DNA of 24,642 nt from Bdellovibrionota bacterium. Lineage in GTDB: Bacteria; Bdellovibrionota_C; UBA2361. Below, piece after piece: positions 1 to 7,670 of the stretch (position 1 is its first letter; each line of letters opens with the position of its first letter). The stretch spans positions 1 through 24,642 of the forward strand of contig JBILUF010000001.1 in the NCBI GenBank assembly GCA_044371155.1, read 5' to 3'. The translations under genes and the position numbers were made by a program. The notes beneath the pieces were generated by a model, which was not told the origin of the DNA, did not search any database, and saw only the letters and a list, made by a program, of their open reading frames with translations.

Positions 1-408
1 GGTTACTTCAACGACAACGGAGTTGGCTGTTTTGAGAGGAGTTAAAATCACCCGATCGATCCATCCGGGCTCGACCGTAAACTCGACTAGCGCGGTGGTG
101 CGTCCTTGGTAAACGTACTCCATCTGGAGCGATTTCATTAGAATGCGGTAGTTATCTCCGAGTTGCTGCAGCAGCACTACGCCAGTTGCAAATTCACTTG
201 CTGTTGCAAGGGCGCAGGCATGCAGGCCGCCGACATGATTTTTGTTGGCACGTTTAAAGGGGAGCTCTACCGCGATAGTGTTGCGAGTAAGAGACCTTAT
301 CCGGATACCGTGCGGTGCATTAAACGGAATCAGGAAGCGCAGCGTGGCGTTCAATATCCAAAGCCACATGCCAGAGTGCTGAGCTTTTGAAAAAAGGGCA
401 TTAAGCAC
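1..408 (-). CDS. Hotdog-fold thioesterase / DUF4442 (PaaI-like) protein, partial (C-terminus beyond window start)
   Basis: Not in ORF track; translated by hand from GTG at 408 (AGGA upstream, overlaps SDR stop): MLNALFSKAQHSGMWLWILNATLRFLIPFNAPHGIRIRSLTRNTIAVELPFKRANKNHVGGLHACALATASEFATGVVLLQQLGDNYRILMKSLQMEYVYQG... Open to position 1. The N-H-x-G-x-L-H-A motif and 'IPFN-PHG' are typical of this hotdog family. Confidence 0.8.
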   Translation of the reverse strand, partial: MLNALFSKAQHSGMWLWILNATLRFLIPFNAPHGIRIRSLTRNTIAVELPFKRANKNHVGGLHACALATASEFATGVVLLQQLGDNYRILMKSLQMEYVYQGRTTALVEFTVEPGWIDRVILTPLKTANSVVVEVT

Positions 409-1246
409 GCGGACGTTCCTTGCGGAATGTTTTAAGAAAAGTTTTAAGCTCCTCTCGTGGCATCGCTTGAGCCACAAAATTAAACTGCCCAGCGTTTAAG
501 CGCTCACCGCCATCAATCGTTACACATTCCCCGGTGATGTATGGGGCCATATCAGAGAGCAAGAATGCTGCTAAGTTGGCGAGCTCCTCGGGATTGCCAA
601 ACCGCCCCATCGGGACACGCGCCTTAAAGGTCTCCTCTAAGTTTTTGTTGGGCACAAGTCTGTCCCAAGCTCCCTTGGTGGGAAACGGCCCGGGTGCGAC
701 AGCATTCAGCCGAATGCCGTAGGTAGCCCACTCATAGGCGAGCGATGTTGTCATAGCGTACACCCCGGCCTTGGCGCAGGCAGAAGGTAGCACAAAACTT
801 GAGCCAACCTCGGTATAGGTCGTGACGATATTAAGCACTGAGCCAGGGAGCTTTTGCTCAATCAGTCGTTTCCCAAAATTTGAGGTGCAGTTAAAGCTCC
901 CTTGTAGGACAATATCAATTACTGTCCGAAAGGCGTTGGGTGAAAGCTCCTCGCTGGGACACAGGAAATTCCCTGCGGCGTTATTCACGAGGCAATTGGG
1001 GAGCCCAAATGAGGTGGCCAGGGTGTCAAACAGGGCCGAGACCTCTTTGTATTCCTTCACATCACAGCGCTCGGTATGTAGTGCTGGGTGAGCTGCTTTG
1101 GCAGCAGCAAGTTTTTCTTCATCTCGGCCACAGATAGCAACGGCTGCCCCGAGCTTTAAAAAGTGCGTCGCCATTGCTAAGCCAAGTCCTGAGCCGCCGC
1201 CGGTTACCAGAATTCTTTTTCCTGCGAGTGTATCGGTGGTAAACAT
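401..1246 (-). CDS. SDR-family oxidoreductase, 2,4-dienoyl-CoA reductase (DECR-like)
   Basis: TGGGSGLG nucleotide-binding motif; LVNNAAGNF..P.E.LSPNAF; catalytic Tyr replaced (VLPSACAKAG) as in DECR; EW..YG.R.N..APGP..TKGA..RL. Confidence 0.88.
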   Translation of the reverse strand: MFTTDTLAGKRILVTGGGSGLGLAMATHFLKLGAAVAICGRDEEKLAAAKAAHPALHTERCDVKEYKEVSALFDTLATSFGLPNCLVNNAAGNFLCPSEELSPNAFRTVIDIVLQGSFNCTSNFGKRLIEQKLPGSVLNIVTTYTEVGSSFVLPSACAKAGVYAMTTSLAYEWATYGIRLNAVAPGPFPTKGAWDRLVPNKNLEETFKARVPMGRFGNPEELANLAAFLLSDMAPYITGECVTIDGGERLNAGQFNFVAQAMPREELKTFLKTFRKERPRA

Positions 1247-1247
1247 T

Positions 1248-1811
1248 TTAATTTTTCCCTAGTAAGCCTGTTTTAAGACCTTCATCCGGTGGATTCGTAC
1301 CTAGCCAGATCCTAAGTACGGCAGTGGCGAAGTTTGGATCGTTGACTGTGTTTGTAAGCTGTCCTGCTTGGAGGGTTATTCCCTGAGCTGAGAAGGTGAG
1401 GGTGATGCGAGAGCCCACCTCCATATCGCCAAGGCCATTGGTGAGGTAACTTAACTTCGTAAGGAGCGGAGCAGTCTTTGGGTTGTTCTCCTCAAAGCCG
1501 CGTTTCCAAGCGTCACTGATATCATCAGCATCAACAGCCCTTACGAATCGCATCGTTAGCTGCCTGGTCCCGGTGTTGGCCAGGATTTCCTCGGCGGAAC
1601 CGCTCTTTTTCTCAAGGTAGAGGCCGGCTACATAGACGCGTACCCTAAAAATAGTAGCGCGACGGGTGCCTGCGCCGTTGAGCGTCAAAGTGCTTTGTCC
1701 GGCGGTGACGGAGTCAGGAAGCTTAACCCCATCAAGCTCCAGCGCGAACGCTGTTGATGTGGTGGTAAGGGCGATAGTGGCAAGACACAAGATCGCGCGA
1801 AAAGGGTTCAT
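1248..1811 (-). CDS. Chalcone-isomerase-fold (CHI-like) secreted/periplasmic protein, putative fatty-acid/lipid binding
   Basis: Signal peptide (...TSTAFA|LELDG); LTLNGAGTR, VYVAGLYL, VLRIWLG..PPDEGLKTGLLG are typical of bacterial CHI-like proteins; strong SD AAGGAGGT at 1826-1819, 7 nt before ATG. Confidence 0.85.
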   Translation of the reverse strand: MNPFRAILCLATIALTTTSTAFALELDGVKLPDSVTAGQSTLTLNGAGTRRATIFRVRVYVAGLYLEKKSGSAEEILANTGTRQLTMRFVRAVDADDISDAWKRGFEENNPKTAPLLTKLSYLTNGLGDMEVGSRITLTFSAQGITLQAGQLTNTVNDPNFATAVLRIWLGTNPPDEGLKTGLLGKN

Positions 1812-2194
1812 GAACTAGACCTCCTTAAAGTAAGCGCAGGATACCTCGGATTGCCGGCTCGCACGATATAGCAATCGTACTCGGGGTCAGATACCCTCTA
1901 GAGTGTTATTGATCATTGTACCCTGCGCATCCCTGATAATAGCCCTTCATAGCTGGCGTTTGGTATCGATTATGCTCTTGAGGAGACCGCGACTTTTGGG
2001 TTCTCATAAGGTCATCGGGTCATCCCGAGCGCCGGTACCTAGGTGGTGAACTCTACTGGTGCGATCCTGGAGGATGCTTGGGATCTAAGTGGCGAGGTGG
2101 CCTGATAGGGTATGACCTCTCGCTTTTAGGGGCGCTGCTATCAGTGACGGTTAAGACGATTGATAGCATTTTTTGAATACGGGCGCGGAGCTGG

Positions 2195-2884
2195 GTGATA
2201 GGCTCCGCTGTTTTTGGTTGGAGGCAACGTCAGGATATGGGCAGACAAGGTCGCCTTTGTGACTCTGGCTGGTGGGTGAGTTTGCCCCTCATTCTCTGCT
2301 GCTTTAGCACGCCGGTGTTAGGGGAGCTTACTCAATGTGATGGTGTATGGACCAATAAGCCCTGCGAAGGGGCGCGCGTTGGCGGCATCGCCGAGAGGCA
2401 GCGACCACTGCGCCTCCAGTCAGAGATCGATCTTGATCGCAAAAAACTTCTTATACATGACCTTGAAATGCGAGCGATTTCAGCCCGGAGGGATTATAGC
2501 CTAGAGATTGGCCTTCTGGCGGAGCGTGCCTTATGTTTGAGCCAGGAGAGCTCCATAGCCCAGTGTGAGGCGGCCGTGGATACTAAAAGAAAGGAGCTTG
2601 AGGAGCGTTCTCTCGCTGCAGCTAAACTTAGGGCAACTCAAGCTGGCGCACCCCTCCCTGGGCATGATAGCGGAACTAGCGGAGTAGATAAGCCAACCGT
2701 AGTGACGATAATCCAAGAGTCCTCGACCCAGGACAATCCTAGGCATCGCCGGAGAGATGGTAAGCGAGAAGACGATAAGAGGAGTCATCCTGTCTCGTCA
2801 GCTGCTAGCGGCACTGCGCCTGTGGAGACTGATGTGGGTACACCTCGAAGTGCAGTTGACCGAATACTGGGATCTCCCGAGTAG
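2195..2884 (+). CDS. Hypothetical secreted protein (N-terminal C-x8-C motif loosely like DUF4124; coiled-coil middle; disordered tail)
   Basis: 229-aa ORF filling the gap between two minus-strand genes; hydrophobic segment WWVSLPLILCCFSTPVLG then ELTQCDGVWTNKPC. Start uncertain (GTG 2195 or ATG 2237). Confidence 0.55.
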   Translation: MIGSAVFGWRQRQDMGRQGRLCDSGWWVSLPLILCCFSTPVLGELTQCDGVWTNKPCEGARVGGIAERQRPLRLQSEIDLDRKKLLIHDLEMRAISARRDYSLEIGLLAERALCLSQESSIAQCEAAVDTKRKELEERSLAAAKLRATQAGAPLPGHDSGTSGVDKPTVVTIIQESSTQDNPRHRRRDGKREDDKRSHPVSSAASGTAPVETDVGTPRSAVDRILGSPE

Positions 2885-2947
2885 GGTAGGCGCTTGCTAT
2901 TTGTGAGGCCAAATCCGAATGCCAAGCTCTGCTTAACCTTGCTCTGC

Positions 2948-4090
2948 TTAGCCCTGAAAATCAGATGTGAGGGCAAGATTTGGCTGTACAGTTTCAGTAG
3001 TCGCCCCGACACCTACCATATCGGCATATGCACTAAGGCTGCTAATCGCCTCGGTCTTAGAGGCACTCTGCCATAAAAGGTCGGCGAGTTGCGTATGTAT
3101 ATCGGGAGTTTCATTCCGCAGTAACTTCTCTAGTGGAGAAATTGCGACTTCCTCCGGTGGACGAGTCTGAATGAGCGGCTGCAGCTCTGAGGCCGCTTCC
3201 CAGCGCGCTTGTTCCCAAGGCCGATAACGGCAGAAGAAGGAAAAATGCCAGGGTAGAAAATACATTGCTCGACCCCGTCCCTTTTCATCATCCCGGAAGT
3301 GCTCTTTCATGTACTGGGCAAGCTGCCAGTAAAATCCCACCCGCTCCTCAGCTGACGGATAGTACGCACGTTGTTCGATGAGTTCTTTAAAAATCCATGG
3401 CTTAATAAGCGCACCCCGACCCACCATCAGTGCGCTGCACCTACTGAGCTTCTTTCGAGCGAGACCTTCATAGAAGGTGAGGATGTCACCGTTGCCAATG
3501 ACTGGAATGTTTCGTGCGGCAGCTACCTCCCCGATGAGCGCCCAGTTGGCAGCTTTGGTGTAGCGTTGCTCTCTTGAGCGGCCATGGATGGTGATTGCTG
3601 CAGCCCCTGATTCCTCCAGGATTCGCGACACCTCATGCACGTTTATATCGCTATCACTCCAGCCAATCCGTATTTTGACAGTTATTGGAACGGTAGCCGT
3701 CGAAGTGAGCCCGGCGATAAATTTGCCCAGTGCTTTCGGCCTTCGAAGCATATGCGCGCCAAGTCCCCGGCGAACGGTATCGTGAATTGGGCAGCCACAA
3801 TTGATATCGATAAAATCTGCTCCGCGTTCGACGGCTATCTGCACTGCACGCGAGCCTTCGTCGATACTTTTAGCGGCAAGTTGTACCCCAAAAAGTTTCT
3901 CGGATGGGTGACGTCGGAGAAGCGCAAGCTCCCGACCTTCTCCCTTCACAAGGAAGCGTGAATAAGCCATCTCTGAGATAGTAATTGGCGCCCCGAAATC
4001 AACACAGAGGCGTCGAAATGGCAGATTGCCTCCACGGGTTAGTGGGGCTAACAAAATGGTGTCAGTAAGGTGTGTGGCCAAGAGGGGCAT
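2948..4090 (-). CDS. dus: tRNA-dihydrouridine synthase (FMN TIM-barrel), Dus3-like
   Basis: LAPLT..GNLPFRR, SEMA, GVQL, DINCGCP (catalytic Cys), TVKIR.G, HGRSREQRY, GNGDI, GRGALIKPW. Confidence 0.93.
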   Translation of the reverse strand: MPLLATHLTDTILLAPLTRGGNLPFRRLCVDFGAPITISEMAYSRFLVKGEGRELALLRRHPSEKLFGVQLAAKSIDEGSRAVQIAVERGADFIDINCGCPIHDTVRRGLGAHMLRRPKALGKFIAGLTSTATVPITVKIRIGWSDSDINVHEVSRILEESGAAAITIHGRSREQRYTKAANWALIGEVAAARNIPVIGNGDILTFYEGLARKKLSRCSALMVGRGALIKPWIFKELIEQRAYYPSAEERVGFYWQLAQYMKEHFRDDEKGRGRAMYFLPWHFSFFCRYRPWEQARWEAASELQPLIQTRPPEEVAISPLEKLLRNETPDIHTQLADLLWQSASKTEAISSLSAYADMVGVGATTETVQPNLALTSDFQG

Positions 4091-4326
4091 GTGAGAAATC
4101 GGCTCAGGATGAATAAGAGTAGGAGGAAAAAGGAGGCCGGAATCAATATATTATGGCCTTCGGAGGATGCCCAGCAGAAATCTATAAAAATTAAGCGCCA
4201 AAACAGAAAGGTTACGGCCAGATAACCCGAATCTCTTCTTACGGGCGCGGCGCTAGGAGAGGTTAAAGGGAGCTTCTCGTCAGTGGCCGGGCGCGAACTA
4301 ATTCGCTTCTGAAAAGGAGATTAGAA

Positions 4327-4503
4327 ATGCGAGTTATACCAAGAGTAAATAGTTCGAGTGATGCTATTAGTTGCGATCTGAAACTCATCGAACTAGCCAA
4401 TAAGAAAAATCATCCAGAGCCCAGCGAAGAGTGCTTCATGGAGCTGACTCAAGCCCTGAGTAAAGCTCTTGAGGTAATACAAAAGTCGCTACCGAAGCAG
4501 TAG
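4327..4503 (+). CDS. Small hypothetical protein, 58 aa (below ORF-track cutoff)
   Basis: AAGGAG at 4314-4319, 7 nt before ATG 4327; MRVIPRVNSSSDAISCDLKLIELANKKNHPEPSEECFMELTQALSKALEVIQKSLPKQ; TAG TGA double stop; followed directly by hairpin plus T-tract. Confidence 0.6.
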   Translation: MRVIPRVNSSSDAISCDLKLIELANKKNHPEPSEECFMELTQALSKALEVIQKSLPKQ

Positions 4504-4509
4504 TGACGA

Positions 4510-4580
4510 GCACCTATGTCGTGTGATGTACACCTTGCACCCATCGAGAGGTTGCACACGACATAGGTGCATTTTTTGTT
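4510..4580 (+). terminator. Long hairpin with T-tract, probable intrinsic terminator
   Basis: Perfect 16-bp inverted repeat GCACCTATGTCGTGTG (4510-4525) / CACACGACATAGGTGC (4555-4570), 29-nt loop, then ATTTTTTGTTT. Confidence 0.65.
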
Positions 4581-4728
4581 TCCAAATTCTACCGAACTAA
4601 AGCCTTGCACTACATGCTGCCGCGAGCCTCGTTGGCAGCTGTTGGTGGTCATACCAGCGAAATGTCACCTCAGGGGATTCTGCTTTGTGTTTTTGAACGC
4701 AGCAGAGTAGAGAAGGGGGGCCAAATCG

Positions 4729-5280
4729 ATGCAACTTATCACCATCACGATTTTGCTAGAGGAGCTAGTAGGGGAGCTCTACGATGCGGAGCATCGGCTC
4801 ATTTCGGCTCTGCCGCAGGTGATCGAACGGGTGTGCCACCCTGCGCTCAAAGAGGCAATTACGCGCCACTATCGTCAGAGCTCACAAGAGATTGAGCGCC
4901 TTGAACGGGTGGGGCGCGAGCTCCATTGCTCCATCGACGGAGTTCACTGTGGCGCGGTGGAAGGATTTGTGGAGCGGCTCGAGGAATTTTTTAGAGCTGC
5001 GGGGGTGCCAGCCGTTCGGGATGCAGCACTTTTGGCTGTGCTACAGCAGATACAAAGGTATGAGATCTCTACCTACCAGAGCGCTGCGGATCTTGCGCAA
5101 CTTTTGGGGCTTCACGAGATTCATCGACAATTACTGGATACTTTACGTGAGGAGGAGAATCAGGCGTCGACACTCAATGACATCGCCGTTCGGTTTATAT
5201 ACCCAGATGCTCTTCAGGTAGCCGGTGAGTCCTGGGGTGGCGACATGAACCTGCTTGAGAGGGTGAGCTATCGCCGTTAG
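4729..5280 (+). CDS. Ferritin-like DUF892 / YciE-YciF family stress protein
   Basis: ELYDAEHRLISALP, H.....IERLERV, RDAALLAVLQ...YEISTY, LLDTLREEE match the DUF892 pattern, with several substitutions. Confidence 0.85.
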   Translation: MQLITITILLEELVGELYDAEHRLISALPQVIERVCHPALKEAITRHYRQSSQEIERLERVGRELHCSIDGVHCGAVEGFVERLEEFFRAAGVPAVRDAALLAVLQQIQRYEISTYQSAADLAQLLGLHEIHRQLLDTLREEENQASTLNDIAVRFIYPDALQVAGESWGGDMNLLERVSYRR

Positions 5281-5293
5281 CGCAAGGGTGTTC

Positions 5294-5950
5294 CTACGAA
5301 GACACCGAGTGCTTCCGATGTTGCTCCTCGCCGTGACCGATTCGAGCCCAGATTGAATGCCATAAATCTCTGACCTGCTCACCATTCCAGGCGCTTCCGT
5401 CAAAGATAAGGTCTGCTCCCGCTCGCGATGGGGAGCAGTATTGGAGATACATAGGTTGAACTGTTGTGCTCCAGTGAGATAGGACCTGCTCAGGGGCGCG
5501 ACCACGCTCGCGTACATCGCGATCTAATCGGCGGGATAAGCGGAGGTCGTCCGGGGCATCTACAAAAATTCTAAAATCCAAAAGTTCGCACAGCGCTGGA
5601 GCTGCCAGAGCAAGAATGCCTTCGACAATGATTACTGGGCGTGGATGGAGGTGAGAGTGTCGGTCTATGGAGCGGGTATGCTCAGCAAAATTATACACCG
5701 GGGAATCTACTGCACGCCCCTCCTTTAAGCTGATGAGATGCTTTACGAGAAGCTCGAACTCGAACGCATCTGGATGGTCGTAGTTAGTGGCTAGTCGCTC
5801 AGCAAAGGTTTTATGAGCTTGGCAGCGATAGTAAGAGTCTAGTTCCACTACGGCGGCCCTCTCCGTGCTGCCGCATGCCACGAGCTCGCGACTCAGGGAT
5901 GTTTTCCCACTGGCAGTACCCCCGGCTATCCCTACGATCATTGCGACCAT
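5294..5950 (-). CDS. udk: Uridine kinase
   Basis: GIAGGTASGKT P-loop, LDSYY, NYDHPDAF, IVEGIL, RRLDRDVRERGR. ATG 5950 preferred over the longer ORF-track start 5986. Confidence 0.92.
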   Translation of the reverse strand: MVAMIVGIAGGTASGKTSLSRELVACGSTERAAVVELDSYYRCQAHKTFAERLATNYDHPDAFEFELLVKHLISLKEGRAVDSPVYNFAEHTRSIDRHSHLHPRPVIIVEGILALAAPALCELLDFRIFVDAPDDLRLSRRLDRDVRERGRAPEQVLSHWSTTVQPMYLQYCSPSRAGADLIFDGSAWNGEQVRDLWHSIWARIGHGEEQHRKHSVSS

Positions 5951-6157
5951 CCCCTGAAGGTACCGTAAAATCGAAACGTATTCCAACGCGCCATCATTTC
6001 CCGCACCGCGCCACCCGCCTCGGGATATTCTACGAAAGAGTTGTTTAGCTCTAGAGCCTTGGGTAAATTAGGACGATAGAGGTACCTGTAGAACAAGAGT
6101 TCGCAGGGCTCGTTCGGTAAGTAACTAAGAATACTAGCGAATCGATAGGACAGATTA

Positions 6158-7606
6158 ATGCAGAGGAACGCACTCCAGGCTAACTCGGGCGCTAACGACC
6201 CAAGGAATTGCAGCGATGTAGGCGAGCAGCTCGGGCGAGCCTATATGCCAACCTCGGAGATCGAGTTTAAGGACTTCATCGATCGAGCCTATCGAGAGTC
6301 GCCATTCCAACTTTTCCATCGGATACAAGAGTCATCCAGAGATCTACTCAGCGCTCTTCGGTTTTTGCAATTTTCTCTGGCAACGGCACAGAGTGATGCG
6401 CCTTGCTTGCAGGATAGGGGGCAAAGCTTCGCTGAGTTGGCAGACACGCTCAAGATGCTCCCCTATGCGCTGAGCCAGTTACCTCACGAAGAGGTGAGCC
6501 TAAAGCTCGTAACTCAGGAGCTTGCTGCCATAAGCAAGATAGTCGAGGAGGCTCGGGCCAATCCCAGCATCGCCGCAGACGCAGTTCACAGTGATCTTGC
6601 TAACCGCATCGTCATGCTTGAGCAAGGGATAGAGAACTTCTTTGCATACGAGCCGCGCAAGTATCGACTTTTCTCGCTGTCTGCATCTGGGTCACCGTTG
6701 ATGGTGCCTTATACCCGCTTAAATGACCTCTTGGGCGATCCCAAGGCCTGGATATTTGATATCGATGACTGTGTAATTAGAAGCGAGCACGCCCATCGAC
6801 AGGCCTGGGGGTTAGCATTATCCCGATGGGTGATCGAAACCCAAAATATCCCAAATCGGGATGAGGCGATCGCAACATTACAAGCTACCACCGAATTCTG
6901 CTTGAAGCATGATTGCACCGATAAATTACTCTCTCTTTTGGTGGTGAATTGCGAGCAGTACAATCTTAAGTTGCCAAACCTTCCTGGTCTGGTAACTCCT
7001 GAGGTGACGCTAGAGGCAGCTATTCTACCGTTTCGTGGTGAAGTGATGCTGCAGTTCCTAAGGGACGGGGAGGTGCAGTTTGCCCCAGGCGCACTGAATA
7101 TCTTGGCACAGTGCCATGGCAGTGGTAAGTTGTTGGGATTTTGCACTAATACACCCCGCGGTATTGCAGAGCCTCTGCTACGCGAGGCACTTCTAATGCA
7201 GTGTGAAGCAGGGCGCTTTACACTTGATTTCGACGCTCTCTTTCGAGTAGACGCTGGCCGTGTGTACGGCGATACAACGCCGGTTAGAAAGCCAAGTCCG
7301 CTTATGTGGTTGGTTGCCTCTAATGGTTTGGGAGTCCGTCCAACTCAGACTGCGTTGTTCGATAACAGCCTCGGGAATTGCATCAAGGCAAGTGATCTGA
7401 CCGCCTTTGGCACAAGCCCACTTCTAGGCGCTCATTACGGAGATCGAACGCTGTTGCTTCCAGGGGAGCAGTTTGCGGGGGTCGTTGGATTAACAAACGG
7501 AGCTCGCTCAAATTTGCACGATTGGCATGCTTGGTCTGGCAAGGAGTGGTTGCCAGTCAAAGCTGTGCTTGCTGGTTTTGAAAGTGTAGGAATGGCTAGC
7601 CGATAG
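6158..7606 (+). CDS. HAD-superfamily hydrolase (beta-PGM-like) with ~190-aa unknown helical N-terminal region
   Basis: Motif I WIFDIDDCV, motif II FCTNT, motif III RKPSP, motif IV-like LFDNS; AGGA SD 7 nt before ATG. Confidence 0.7.
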   Translation: MQRNALQANSGANDPRNCSDVGEQLGRAYMPTSEIEFKDFIDRAYRESPFQLFHRIQESSRDLLSALRFLQFSLATAQSDAPCLQDRGQSFAELADTLKMLPYALSQLPHEEVSLKLVTQELAAISKIVEEARANPSIAADAVHSDLANRIVMLEQGIENFFAYEPRKYRLFSLSASGSPLMVPYTRLNDLLGDPKAWIFDIDDCVIRSEHAHRQAWGLALSRWVIETQNIPNRDEAIATLQATTEFCLKHDCTDKLLSLLVVNCEQYNLKLPNLPGLVTPEVTLEAAILPFRGEVMLQFLRDGEVQFAPGALNILAQCHGSGKLLGFCTNTPRGIAEPLLREALLMQCEAGRFTLDFDALFRVDAGRVYGDTTPVRKPSPLMWLVASNGLGVRPTQTALFDNSLGNCIKASDLTAFGTSPLLGAHYGDRTLLLPGEQFAGVVGLTNGARSNLHDWHAWSGKEWLPVKAVLAGFESVGMASR

Positions 7607-7670
7607 CTGCAGTATAGCCACTCTCAGCAGGTGGTATTTTGTTGCGCGCTCTATGTTGGAATAGTACCTA

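Noticed and set aside
163-390. + strand 75-aa ORF
   Set aside because: Antisense shadow of the hotdog thioesterase gene on the minus strand.
1812-2194. 380-bp intergenic region with short hairpins (TCGGG-TCAT-CCCGA; GCGAG..CTCGC plus TTTT) as a possible ncRNA
   Set aside because: Stems are only about 5 bp, no riboswitch or ncRNA consensus is recognised, and there is no ORF with an RBS.
2926-2950. 10-bp direct repeat GCTCTGCTTA at the dus stop
   Set aside because: Two short copies only; looks like a local micro-duplication, not an array or insertion footprint.
4210-4227. GGTTA-N8-TAACC, one mismatch from the Geobacter-type LexA box
   Set aside because: Not present at the imuA promoter where a LexA box is expected, and a 5-bp dyad is common by chance.
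6091-6102. GAAC-N4-GTTC (Gram-positive-type SOS box) between udk and HAD
   Set aside because: About 0.4 chance hits expected in this window (24642/4^8), and it is absent from the imuA promoter.
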